This document shows, one piece after another, positions 26,535 to 39,288 of a stretch of 64,000 nucleotides of DNA. A model generated the notes under the pieces. The model saw nothing but the letters and a program-made list of their open reading frames with translations, ran no database searches and was not told where the DNA came from. Location of the stretch: contig MU053934.1 in assembly GCA_013239625.1 (NCBI GenBank), positions 5,226,399 to 5,290,398 of the forward strand, given 5' to 3'. Source of the stretch: Lama guanicoe (taxonomy: Eukaryota). Each line of letters starts with the position of its first letter. The stretch's first letter is position 1. The position numbers were made by a program, and so were the translations under genes.

Positions 26535-28410
26535 TTTTTTCCTTTTTCTTTCATTTTTTTACTTTTACTTCAGCCCCTTGTTGAAGTATAATTGATATAT
26601 AATAAACTGCTTACCTTCAGTGTGTTCAGAATGTACTGTTTTGAACTATGTGTACAAATGATAATGAATGTATCCTTTATCCCCCAAAGTCCCTTTGTGC
26701 CCATTTGTCAGTCCTCCTTCCCACCCTTCCCTGCCCTTTCCCACCCCCAGATCACCACTGATCTCCTTTGTGCCACTAAAGATTAGATTGCGTTTTCTAG
26801 AATTGTATACAAATGGAACATAACAGTACTTGTTGCCTGGCTTCTTTTATTCAGTATAATTATTTTGAGATTTATCCATGCTGTATGTATCAGTAGTTCA
26901 TTGCTCTTATTGCTGAGAAGTACTTCGTTGTATGCAGTACCACAATTTGTTGATGCGTTCACCTCTTGATGCTCGGTTGAGTTGTTTTTAGTTTTCAGTC
27001 TTACAAATAAAGCTGCTATGAATACTCATTTAGAAGTCTTTGCGCGGGATGCATGCTTGCTTTTCTCCAGGGTAAATACCTAGACGAGGAAAGGCTGGGT
27101 CATGTGGTAGGTGTGTAACTTTTTAGAAAACTTGCAAACTGTTTACCATTGTACATTCCCACTCAGAGAGAGTTCCAGTTGCCCAAACTTGGTATGGCCA
27201 GTCTTTTTAATTTTGGGCATTCTCATAAGTATATATGTGATACCATCTGATTGTGGCTTTAATTTATCTTTTCTTAATGATTGATAATGTTGAGCATTTT
27301 TTTATGTGCTTATTTGCCATATCTGTATATCTTCTTTGGTGAAGTGTCTGTTCAAGTCTTTTGCCCATTTAAGCCATTGGGTTGTTTTCTTATTATTGTT
27401 TGAAGAGTTCTTTATATATCTGGACACAGATTCTTTATAAGTGATTTTTGAATATCATCTCCCAGTCTGCTGCTCTTTTTTGTTCTCTTAACAGCATCTT
27501 TTGGAGAGCAGAAATTCTTAATTTTGACAAATCAAATTTATTTATTTTTTTTTATGGATTGTGCTTTTGGTATTGTAGCTAAGGAATAATTTTGCCTAAC
27601 TCAACGTCACAAAGATTTTCTTTCCTGTATTTTCTTTTAGTTTTATATTTAGGTCTGTAATCCATCTTGAGTTAATTTTTGTATGTAGTATAATGTATAG
27701 GTTGAGGCTCTTTCTCTCTCCCTCTCTCTCTTTTTTTTTTTTTTAACATACAGCTATTCAGTTGCTACAGCACCATTTGTTGAAAACAGACTATCCTTTC
27801 ATTGCTGAATTGCCTTTGCAACTTTTTCAAAAGTCAGTTGTCCATTTCTGTGTCGATCAATTTCTGGCATCTCTTCTAGCCCACTGAACTTTTTGAATGT
27901 CGATGTCAATACTGTCTTGATTTCTGTATTTTATTAAAAGTTTGGGTGTCAGGTTGTATAAGTCCTCCAACTTTTTTTTTTTTTAAACTTGTTGGCTATT
28001 CTGAGTCCTTAAGAATTTTAAAAGGAAGTTGTCAATTTCTACCAAAAAAACCCCCCAAACGCTGGGATTTTAATAGGGATTATGTTAAATCTATAGTTTT
28101 GGAAGAATCAACATCATAACAATGCTGAGTCTTCCAGTCCATGAACACAGTATATCTCTCTACTTACTTAGGTTTTTTAAATGTGTTATAATTTTCAGTG
28201 TGCATGAATTGGACATTTTAAACAGATTTATCCCTAAGTGTTTCATAGGTTTTGATGCTACTTATAAATAGGATTTTTAAAAAATTTGTTTCTGATTGTT
28301 TTTGCTAATATATAGAAGTAGAAATGATTTTATATATTAATCTTATATCTTGCAACCTTGCTAAAGTCACTTATTAATTCTGGTTCCTTTTTTGCAGAAT
28401 CTAATGTGTT
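26535..28410 (-). mobile_element. Old L1 (L1MB/L1MC-like) fragment of about 1.9 kb
   Basis: T-rich antisense L1 motifs gttgagcatttttttatgtgcttatttgccat, cagcaccatttgttgaaaa, tatcttgcaaccttgctaaagtcacttatta. Confidence 0.8.
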
Positions 28411-28414
28411 TTCC

Positions 28415-28826
28415 AAGAAGGAAGGGTTTTAATACAGAGAATTAGAAGTTCACACAACATTAGACAGTCTGAGGAGCGGAAAAGCAGGGAGCCACTGTTA
28501 TTGTTGAATTTAGAGTGCCGGGTTCCCGGGGAGCAGTGATAGCTGCCTGCCGCTCCACTATGGCTTTAGTTCATCTGGAAGCTGCTGTAAAAGTGAAGAG
28601 TCCTGTCTGCTGCTGCCTGTGTAAATGCTTGCAGCTATTTTCAGAGAATTCTGTCTTCTGCCTTCCAGATCAAGTGGGAGCCTCTCATTGGCTATTTGTA
28701 ACCTAGAACAAATGGAGAATGGGATTCTGGAAGATGCTGTTCCAGGCCTTTCCCTGCAGTGCAGGGAAGGCTGTCAAAAGCGACAGTGCCAGAGGGCACA
28801 GAAGGCGTTAATAAAAATACACAAAT
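28415..28826 (-). mobile_element. ERVL LTR (LTR33-like) main part; its terminal piece lies at about 26485-26530, separated by the L1
   Basis: tgtatcagtcaggaaacag at 26485 and gggttttaatacagagaattag...ctgaggagc at 28424 read as one continuous LTR consensus. Confidence 0.5.
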
Positions 28827-29984
28827 GAGCCTGCACCCAGTCATGGAGAACTTAGCAATACTGGGAAAAATAGGGGTGTTAGGTGGTGGTAACTCAGAAA
28901 GATGTGATTTCTAAGAAGGCAGATGGGCTTTGTATTGGCAGTGATATATTATCTGGGACAAGGAAGTAGCAGGCCTACTCTATTTGGTGCTGCTTTACCC
29001 AATAATTGGATGAGTGTAGACAAACTGGAACATGACTAGGAGATAATGACCCCAGTGGTGAGGGGATAGAAAGCCAGGTCACATGTGGAATGTTTAAAGA
29101 AACTGAGAATGCCTCAGGGATGCATGCTGGATGACTACAGATACGGATTTAGGAGGCTTATTCTGTGTGGTCTGAAAAGGGAGGCTTGGGACCAATGAGT
29201 GAAAACTGAAAGGAAACAGGTTCCAGAGAGAGAACTTCATGCACAGCTGCACTAAGACTGAGGAGAAGGGCTTGTGTGAGTTTCCTTTGTTAGAGATCGC
29301 TGGGCTGCGTGGCCGGAGTCTGTGAGGGATAAGAAGAGTCATTTCAAACTACATGTTCCTCAAGCACCATTCTAACCCTTAAGGGTTTTGTTGGGGGGAA
29401 ACCTCCCGTATCGTTGGTTATGGCTTTTTCCTGTGAAATTTCTGAAAGTGAAAACAAGTTCTTTTAAATATATTGTCTTCCTTTATTTGCTGTGAGTAAT
29501 ATTCGAAATAAACCTATTCCTTGCATGTTCCTCAAATATGGAAAGTAGGGGGAAGTTGTGAGGAGCTTAGAGTCAGAGGCTATGTATGTAAAAATATTAT
29601 TGCCATATTTCATTGATTCTGAAACTCAGATTCTTTTCAGGCTTGATGTCCTGAAATCTGCGTGTCCCCTGCAGTTGGTGGCCCCTTTCAACTACCGTTG
29701 CCGTACATTTGCTGTCGTACGGGTGTTTTGCACGCATAGATTTGCTCTTAGGTATTCCTGATGTCATTGTTTCAATTGAGTTTCATGCATTTTTAGTATT
29801 ACACAAGTTGTTTAACTGACTTTTAATGTATCTTTATGAAGATTACCCTGTAATTTGGTGCTGAAACACAGATGGGAATAACAAGGCATAAGCTTGATGT
29901 TAAAGAGGTTAATATTTATCCTTGAAAAATGGCTATAATTCCAGATTTCCTTGGAAAGAACAACCAGTTATACCTGTGCTATTC

Positions 29985-30108
29985 ACAGTAAGGTCCAAGG
30001 ACCAGCAGCTTGTTAGAGATGAAGAATTGTAGGCCCCAACCCACACCTACTGAGTAAGAATCTTTATGTTAACAAAATTCCCATTAAAGTTTGAGAAGCA
30101 TTGCTTTA
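29985..30108. mobile_element. MER5A-like hAT remnant
   Basis: gaccagcagcttgttagagatgaagaatt...ggccccaacccacacctactgagtaagaatct...aaagtttgagaagcattgct. Confidence 0.7.
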
Positions 30109-31514
30109 CACCACCTTATATAGGAAGGTAACCCTTATATGTAGAAGGAGCCGTGTTCATTTTGTTAACATACAAAAGAATTACATATCCTGTTCATGAT
30201 GCAGCTGAAGGCAGGAGAAACTTCTGCATCCCTCTAAATTAATGAAAAATATCTTTACCTTAATTTTTCTAGGTTTAATGTTACTGTTTTCTTTCTATGA
30301 GCCACTCAGTATTAGAATGATTTTTATGCCTCAGTGCTGTTTGGCCTTGTCTACTAATTTAATATCATGTGTAAATTACATTAGCATCCCATTAAATTCC
30401 CTCAGTCAGATCCAGCAAATGAAAAAATGTTAAGAGCAAATCCAGCACGAATGTTTGGAGTACTCTACTATGTAATTTCCTCTGCCGGAATGGATTTATT
30501 CCAACATGCTCTCTTTTTGTGTGCATTTTTAATTAAAAACAATGTAAGTGGATACTTCAAGCACTTTGCTTAATTCTTTTCATTGCCTTACTTTTGTTAA
30601 TTTTCCTCACTCCAAACATGTGTTTGGTATCATTAATCCTTAATTGGTTATGATTGTTAATAGTTTTGTGCCCAGTTATTTTCTTACTGTTTTATAAATT
30701 GCCAAGATTACCATTTGTCTCTTAAGGAAATAAATGTCTATACAAGTCACATGTATTAGATGTGCTTTGAAAAGTGTATGTAAATCTGTGTCGGACAGAG
30801 TTCTCAGTGTGCAGACGACAATTTACTCTCACGGGTGCCAAGGGTTTATTAGATAGTGATAGTATCTCACAGATCCTTGGGAATCCACTGTGAACAGGGG
30901 GCCCCACGGGAGCTTTTTCCCCTTCCTGTACATTCAGGAAACTGCTGTTGTAGGTTTCGGCTTCAGGACCACAGCATGTCTGTTCCCTGAGAAGAGGGGT
31001 GCCCCGCACCCTGTCAGTTTTCCTATTAATGTCATGCACAAGTGCAGCTTATTGGCAAAACATAAGTCACATTTGAATCTCGAACTGAAGGAAGTCTGGG
31101 AAATAGGCCAGAAGGGCTTGGAATTGGTGTTGACTGAGTTGATGCACTCATCCACCACAAAGTCAAAGAATGAGTTTTATTACTATTATAGCACTAAAAT
31201 TCTCAGTAAATGAGATTATGAATGATGTGGTAGAGGAATATTTTAAATACCCTGTGGTGTATGTTTGTCATGTATTTAGTGTACTTAAGACACAAGGAAG
31301 CTTGATTGATAAAACTATAACAATATGAGTGTTTTAGGGTGAAGTGTAGGTTCTAGAATATTTTTGGAAATGCATTTCTGTGAGTGTCAGGACTAACGTG
31401 ATTTCTAAAATTCTTTTTGACTCTTATGTGATTTTCATAAAGAGTTGTTTAAAATAGAAATCCTTGAAAAAATTTTAAACAGATGACTAAAAGATGAGTC
31501 AATGTTTGAGGCTC

Positions 31515-32035
31515 TCTTTTTTAATTAAAATTTTTATTGAGATAATTGTAGATTCACATGCAATTGTAAAAAAAATAAATACATAGAGATTCCAGGTGCC
31601 CTTTACCCAGTTTCTGCCAACATTTTCTTCTTGCAGAACCATAGTACAGTATCACCAAGATACTGACTCAGACAACTCACTGATCTTATTTAAATCCCCC
31701 CAGTTTCTCGTGTACTTAGTTGTGTATGTACTGTTTAGTTTTATGTATCACATGAAGGTTCATGTATCCACCACCACTATCAAGATACAGAAGAGTTACA
31801 TCGCCACAAGGACCACTAATGACGCCCTGCCTCACCCAACCACAACCCCTTGGCAACTCCTGACAACTACTTGTCATTTCAGAAACGTTGTATAAATAGA
31901 ATCATACAGTACATAACTTTTGGGGTTGGCTTTTGTCACTTGCCGTAATTCCCCGGAGATTGATCCAAGATGTCGATGTATTAATAGCTTGTTCTGTTAC
32001 AATACTGGTTTGCTTCTGGCATATTCCATATGGCG
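31515..32035 (-). mobile_element. L1MC-like 3' end fragment
   Basis: ttgagataattgtagattcacatgcaattgtaa...ccctttacccagtttc is the antisense of the element type at 12770-13112. Confidence 0.75.
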
Positions 32036-32819
32036 GCTGGATCTGTTGTATCTGTTTGACTCTGTCTGCCTGCCTCAATTGTGTAGAGTTCGTTATGAAC
32101 TAGGACCAAGGGTGACACCACACTTACTTACTGACCAGAGAGCACCAGGTGTTTATGGTGGTGTGGCCAGTTATCCCCACCTTAAAGAAAAGGAAGATAC
32201 TCTATCTCTGGAGACATTTTCCTGTCAAGATGAACCCTGTCTGTTTAGCTGAATTGAGGTTCTTACGTAATTTTCACTCCAGTCAGCATGTTGGTGATTA
32301 CTGCTTTCAAGGATGAAATTGTTAGCCCTGCCTCTGCTTGATGCCTGAGGTATGATGGACTTGGGGCACATTAATTCAGGAACCACTGGTCATGATGCTG
32401 GTTTGTAAGGAGAAGTTAATCTCTCACCGGGATTATCATAAGCCATGAATTCACATATCCAAGGTTCTGGTGCTTTCAAAACACTGAATACTCTGTAAGC
32501 TGTTTTCAGAGTACCCTGAAGTGGTGATGAAGATGGAGGGCAGAGCAGGAGCAGAGCTTCCTTCCTTGAAGATGTTGTCTGAGTTGTGAGGTGAGATGCA
32601 GCTGTTTAAAAATGTGCACTAAGAGCTCCAGAAAGGCGAGTAGCACGGCATCTTGTTTGCTGCCAACCGCCCGCTCCCCGCCAACCCCGGCACAGTGCTT
32701 GGCGTCGAGTGGGCGCTGAGAGATGAGTGAGGACTATTACAAAGTAAGCACAGAACACAACATTGTAAAATGACTATAACTCAATTAAAAAATGTTTAAA
32801 AATGTATAATTTAGTGAGT

Positions 32820-32950
32820 GGGGGATAGCTCAAGTGGTAGAGCACATGCTTAGCATACACAAGGTCCTGGGTTCAATCCCAGTACCTTTTCTAAAAACAG
32901 ATAAATAAACCTAACTACCTACCCCTTAAAAAATAATAAATAATAAAAAA
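32820..32950 (+). mobile_element. tRNA-Ala-derived SINE (Vic-1-like) with A and B boxes
   Basis: ggggatagctcaagtggtagagcacatgcttagcatacacaaggtcctgggttcaatcccagtacc followed by aaataaacctaactacctacccc and an A-rich tail. Confidence 0.9.
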
Positions 32951-33879
32951 TGTTTTAAAACCAAAAAAAAATAATAAGCACAGAAAGTTCTGGAGGGTAT
33001 GTGTGGGGTTTTGCTGTGAAGGGAGGGGAGGGAATGAGAGGAGTATCCCTCTCCCCCAAAATAAAGCCCCAAATTCACCACCACCCTCCCATCTCGGGAC
33101 GCGTGTTCTTAGCATTCTCCCTGCCGGGTCGGTCACCCTCTCCCAGGTCGTTCTCTTCATTTCGGTCTCTTGCTGCCTCAGAGAGGCCTTCTGTGAACAT
33201 TTGTGTAAGCGAGCCCACTGTCTTCCCTGCCCCTTCCCTCTTGGTCACTCTCTAGCTGCTTTCCCAGCTTTATTTTCTTCATGGCATTTGTAATGATTTC
33301 CTGCCATAGTGTTTGTCTCTGTTTACAGGGTCAGTCCCCCTGAGGGCAGGGACTGTCTCACTCGCTGTTAAATCCCCAGTGCCTAGGTCACTGCCTGGCT
33401 TGGAATAGTAACTCAGTGCAGTTTGTTAAGTGACTTAATTAGTTGTTTTGAGGCTTTTATTTTGACACATGTGCCCTGGAAGGGATAGAAAAGCATCACT
33501 TGCTCTGTAATCATGCATTTTGGTAACATTGAATGGAGGGCCTCGTGCATCCTGGTGCCTGTGCTCGGTACATGTGGTAAGAAGGAGAATAAGATCAGCT
33601 CCCCTGCATCCAGAGATGTCACTGGTGGCAAACACAGGCATGCTTGACTCGCTGTTCCGCAGTATGGTGGGTGCTCTTGAGGAGGTGTGCTGGCCCCTCC
33701 GTGGACAGAAGCAGGGGCTCTTGAAATGTTGACACCGAGGGGAGAAACAGGCCTTTTAATTGGAGGTGAGGACAAGAGGTGTTGGAAGTGTTGGTTTCTG
33801 TACGTGTACACCAGTCCCAGTTTGGCTCCTTACGGAAGGTGTGTCCGGGTTAGTTTGAAGACTGCAGTCACTCTCAGGA

Positions 33880-34352
33880 GAGCCCTGCCACCTCTCTGAC
33901 CTCATCTGCTGCCGTCTCCCTTACTGCCTCTAGCGCCAGCCTCCTTGCCAAGCACACCAGTGTCATTCCTTTATACTTGCTGTCCCCTCTGTCTGGAATG
34001 CTCTCTCCCAGATAGCCACATAGTGCTCACCTCACTGGGTCTCCATTCTTAGGCCGCCGTATCAGAGAGGCCATTTCTAACCATCATATGTAAGGTGGTA
34101 CCCTCTTTCCTACCTGTTCTTCTTCATCAGCTTACCCTGCCCTGTCCTCGGCAGGGCACTTGTTACCACCTGAAATGTGTATTTTATACACGTGCTTTAT
34201 TGTGTGTCTTGTTTGGTTGTTGCCTGTTTCCCCCACTAGACGGTAAGCCTCCTGAGAACTGGGGTTTGGTTTTGTAACTGCTGTATCTCCAATGTTTAGA
34301 AAAGTGCCTGGCTCGTGTTAGGTACCCAATAAATGTTTGTTGAAGGAATGGA
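33880..34352 (+). mobile_element. L2 3' fragment
   Basis: ctgctgtatctccaatgtttagaaaagtgcctggc...caataaatgtttgttgaaggaatg. Confidence 0.75.
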
Positions 34353-35429
34353 TTCGTTCCTGGGGCATCCTGGTAGAAGGAAAGTGAAACACAGAGGAGC
34401 CCCCAAACCAGTCTTATTCCCAGAGCCCTGGTCAAAGCAGCCATGCTACAGAAAAGTCATTTTATGGCTCTGGTGCTGCCAGTGACTGATAGCCTCTGCC
34501 TTGCGGCCCCTCGAGGGCCAGACAAGAGGCAGGGCAGAGGTGGTGGGGTATGCAGAGGAGGACGAGCTTCTTACGAATTGGGATTGTCGGGGAAGCCTTG
34601 TTGGAGCAGATAGTTATTGAGCCAGGACTTGGGCAACAAAAAGGAAGAAACCTTTTGTGTCAGGTATGCAGAATGGTTGAGGGAAATGTGGAACTTGGAA
34701 CTGTACTGTGAATGGCCTTGAATGTCAGCTCTAGGAAGTTGTCATCCAGATGTTACAGCTCTTAACTTATCCGGCATGGTCTCAGATCCTTTCGAAGACA
34801 GCAGGTTTCATTCCTGCAAGCCTGTTGCTTCGGAGATCCGGTGTTCTGATCTTACACGTGGAACAGGAGTCTTGCTCTGCCTCAGTTCAGGTGAATATTG
34901 GCTATTTCCCCTTTTATTCAAATACTGCCCTTCTCAAAAACAAGTCACTTGTACATACTTCTTGCAGCTAATGGTTATTTGCTTAAAAGAAGAAAGAAGG
35001 AAACACTGTTGTATTTTCCTCACCTTAGACATTTTTAAGAGTAATTTTGGCTTTTTACCAGTCTAGATTTATTCTGGATTACAGTGTTCACACTTGCATC
35101 AGGCTGTGTGTTTAGACAGGAAGGACAGTATCGGTGATTTCTCCTGCTTCCAGATCTAGAAGCATTGAAGGGTTAAGTGAGACCCTCCTACTCTCCTGGC
35201 ATTTGTATTTGATTGTTGTACGGGAGGTGTGATTTTTGAGGTATTATAGGTACATTTTAAATTGTAGGCTTAAACACAAGAATTTAGAACTGTGGTTCTC
35301 CACTCTGGCTGCATCTTAGAACTCACTTGGTGGGCAGGGAGGCTTTAAAAAAAAAAAAAACCACCAGCAATTCCTCTGTAATCCATCAGGAGTATTCCCT
35401 GGGTAATGGTTTTGTTGATGTTTGTTTTT

Positions 35430-36830
35430 TGGATTTTATTTTGTTTTTGGAAACAACCTTGAACTTACAGAAAAGTTGCGAGTATGATTTCTGGAAAAAA
35501 AACGCAATACTTTTTCCCTTGAATCATTTAACAATAAATTGCTGACCCAGTGTCTCATCCCTGCATCCCTTCCACAATACTTCAATGTATTTCTAAAAAA
35601 CAAAAACATTCTCCTGTATATCCACAGTACAAGCGTCAAAAAAAAAAAATCAACGCTGATACATTAGTACCATTTAATCTTCAGCCCCTACTCAAGGTTT
35701 AACATTTGCCCAAGTATTGGTCTTTATAGCAAAAGGATCGCACGCAGCACTTGGTGGTTGTATCTCTTTAGTCTCCTTCCATTTTGGACAGTTGCTCAGT
35801 CTTTCCTTGGTGCTGATGACCTTGGAACTTTTGAAGATTGCCAATCAGTTTTTTCTAAAGTGTCTCTCCATTTGGGGCTGTCTGATGTTTCCTTGTGATG
35901 ATATTCAGACTGTGTATATTTGAGAGAAATATCATAGAAGTGATGCTGGTTCTCAGAGCATGCTATTAGGTAGCTCATGATTTTAGTTTGTACCACTGTT
36001 GATGTTCACCTGGACTACTTGATTAAGGTGGTATCTGCCAGGCTTCTCCTCCATATAATTACTGTTTTTTCCTTTATAATTAATAAGTATTTTATGGTGT
36101 GATGCTTTAAAACTATGAGAATATTACATTTCTTGTCATTTTTAATGTACTCATTTACTTGTTTCTACCTGTATGGACTCATGTTTTCCTATTTTATGCA
36201 ATAGCTTATAGTCTGTTACTGTAAGTATTTATTTTTATGCTTATACTGTCCCAGATTTAGTTTGTAGGAGCCCCTTCAAACTAGTTTCTGTGACCAGTTG
36301 ACATGTCCCATCATTTGTTGAAGGTTTCCTTGCTTCTTGGCAAACAAGCATTCAAGACTCCTTTTCTACTTCCCATGTTCTAGCCCCCAAATAGTTTTTT
36401 TCCCAAAAAACTCTAGTTCTCTTAGTGAAGAATGGTATTTAGAAGCCATAATCTGGGTTCGAGGTGTGTTCATAGCTACAGTATTTAGATGTTGCTTGTT
36501 CCCAAGCCGTCTCATTGATAGAGCTAGGGAATAAGTGTGTGTGTATTTGAATACATGAAGGAATATACACATATAGGCATGCAACGTTACATCTACTTTT
36601 TTTGTTATGTCTATCCCTATGTATTACAATTAATGAGCTCATGTCAATGACTACTTCTGATCCAACTCCACAGGGTTCATTTCAGTTTTCTCCTTTTCCA
36701 TTTTGATAACTCCTCTTCATTCTTAATATATTTACTTACTGATCAACCCCCTGTACATAACTGAGCTCCCATCAGCACCACCATAGATGCCTTCCCTGTG
36801 TGGATGCCCTCATCACCCCTACTGGGCTCT
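35430..36830 (-). mobile_element. Old L1 (L1MC4/L1MD-like) 3' fragment splitting a MER5-like element
   Basis: aacttacagaaaagttgc, ttgattaaggtggtatctgccagg and gaatggtatttagaagcca motifs. MER5-like halves at about 35290-35410 and 36850-36900. Confidence 0.65.
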
Positions 36831-38301
36831 GGTGCAGCACAGAGATAGTTTAAAGCTCCCCAAATGGTGCTAATGTGCAGCCAAGATAGAGCACAATTGA
36901 ATTAGGAGAAAGGTGAACCCCAAACTTTTTGATTCATTTTTAAGTAAATGGTAGGTTTTTAAGTCAGGTTTGGTTTGAGAAAATACATTCTTCCTAAGAG
37001 TGAAATTTAAAGAGAAGACTCAATTCTACCAACATACACAGTAAAAGATCAGGGTGAAAGCACAGCCTGTCTCCTGGAAAGCTTTGAAAAATATTTGTTT
37101 TGGAAATAAATCTGCTTGTAGTGAACATAAATTTCAATCCCTTTCCCTGAATTACCTGTTTATAGGAAAAAAATATTTGAAAAGGTTAGTTGTTTTTTAA
37201 GAACGTGTCTCATTAAAGACTTACTGCTTTTTTTTTTACATTGCATTTTAAAAATAAACTTTTAGTTTTTCAACTTTACTTTTTAGAGCATCGGGTATTT
37301 AAACAGGAGATATTCAGGCTGTGGTTGCTTTTTTTCTATAGTCAGTTTTTCTTTAAAATACGGAAACCAAGTAACAGTAATTGGGTCATGAGGAACTTTG
37401 TCTTCTTCCATTTGCAGCCAGAGGAAGCAAGAGGCTGTGGGAGCCAAATATAACAGGATCTGTGGCCAGCCTACCTTAGATGGTCAACATCTATCTTGCC
37501 AACTTTCGTAAATCCATTTTCTTAAAGTAATGCCCGGTTGCAAGTGGATTTTCACCAAGAACTTCACTCTTGGGCCGATGTACATATTATCTGACTCCAA
37601 AGAAATCCAGCCTTAAACCCAAGGAAGTTACAATAAAATCTCCTCCTTGATTGTATTTTAAAAATTTTAATGGCTTGAAGAGTGTGTGTGAATTGTACAC
37701 TTTAGGCTTTTGTATATTTATGCCCAGAGGCATATATACACATCTCCTTCTGTAAGGAGAGAGAAAGGGCAATATTTGTGAATGTAGACAGGAGCCACTG
37801 AAAACTTAATTTGCAGGTAAAACACTTCTGTTATTATTTAGTTCCTGTTTTCTATAAGTAAAGCATTGTTTACCTGTCCATGAGAGTGTGCCTCAGTGTT
37901 GGTCCTCAGTTCCTTTTATGTAGGCTGGATGAGTTCCACTCCCCAAACTTGAGTCCTTCGCAAACCATCTTTGTGATTTTTGCCATGTCTGCAAACATTT
38001 AGCATTTTTCTTTTGATTTGTCTGACTTAACTTAGCCTTTATCTAGGTGGTGTCTGTGAAACCATGGATTTGATGTGTTGAATCTCCTAAAATCACTAGT
38101 ATGCAGGCAGTATCTGTTCCGTAGTTGGGGAACTGGGAGCTAGGACTCTGACTCTTCTTCAAGCTCTGAAATTCAGTAAGTGTGATGTCTGGGGTGTCCT
38201 GCCTTGAGCTTTGAAATTACACCAGCTGTTAGTTGTTTATGCATTTTTTCCAGTTGATACATAGAAGTAGAAGTTGGCAGCAGTCTATATATGTTACACT
38301 A

Positions 38302-38367
38302 GGGGATGGGGGTTATAGCTTAGTGGTAGAGCTCACTGGTTCAATCCCCAGTACATCCATTAAAAAA
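38302..38367 (+). mobile_element. Internally deleted tRNA-derived SINE
   Basis: ggggttatagcttagtggtagagctcactggttcaatccccagtacatccattaaaaaa: A box and B box present, anticodon arm missing. Confidence 0.75.
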
Positions 38368-39200
38368 TACACATACGTTATATTAGAATATTAGACTATA
38401 CATAATAGTATATTTGTATAATATATTAGAATAAATATTACATTTTACAGTTATTTTTCAAATATGAGGTATAAATTATATTATCTTAATTTCTTAAGAT
38501 TCAACATATTTCTTCAACTAGAATGTTTATTTTTGTGTAATATTTTTATTTTAATTGAAAGGAGCAAAACCTGATCATCTTAATTGATGATCAGGTGTGC
38601 AGGAGGATGCAGCTGTGAACTCACACAATAGGGAGGGAATACATGGATTTATGGACACTTGGTGTGGCCTTAAAAACACAAGTAGAAAACATGTAAAATA
38701 TACATTATTAATAATGTAGAAGAAAAATACGGAATTTAGAACATAGGGTTCTATGTTCACCTCTCTGAAGATGTCATGGGAAAACACCTAGATTATGATA
38801 AACACCTGTGTACTATAACTGAGCATTATTTGTGAGAAATATTGTCGGAAGCCAACTGGACGTTGGTTGTCATGTATTCAAATTAGGTTCTTTGCTGAGT
38901 GGAAATCCATTTAATGTGTGTGTGTTTGTTTGTTTAGGAAGATATTACAAAAGCCCACTTTAATGGGCTTTTAAAAACCAAACTTAATGTCATGTTTTGC
39001 AAAAGAGGTGACAAACCAAAATAAGTGGATAACTAAATTTGGTGAGTGTTATTCATCCTCCTAGTTTAAGCAGAATACTGTGCTCAGTCAGAGATGAAAT
39101 ATTTGTCGCTTTGCACACCATCTATAAGCATTTAATTTGCTATACAAATAGATTGTGAATATAAGATGTTTAACCTTGTGATGTGACGTTACTTTTACAG

Positions 39201-39288
39201 AGAGAAGGAGCAAGAAAGGGAAGAACAGTTAATGGAAGACAAGAAAAGGAAGAAAGAGGATAAAAAGAAAAAAGAAGCCACTCAGAAG
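39201..39288 (+). CDS. TNRC6B: TNRC6B coding exon (second exon of the main isoform), 88 nt, (R)[29 protein letters not shown]
   Basis: Acceptor acttttacag| at 39200 and donor AAG|gtgggt at 39289. Translation matches the recalled TNRC6B N-terminus [20 protein letters not shown]. Absent from the ORF track; read manually. Confidence 0.95.

Noticed and set aside
32820..32890. tRNA-Ala(AGC) gene
   Set aside because: Acceptor and anticodon stems are mismatched, the T stem lacks a base, and a SINE tail follows; it is a retroposed SINE.
38949..38972. Hairpin aaaagccca-ctttaa-tgggctttt
   Set aside because: A 9-bp stem is far too short for a pre-miRNA and likely to occur by chance; bacterial terminator logic does not apply here.
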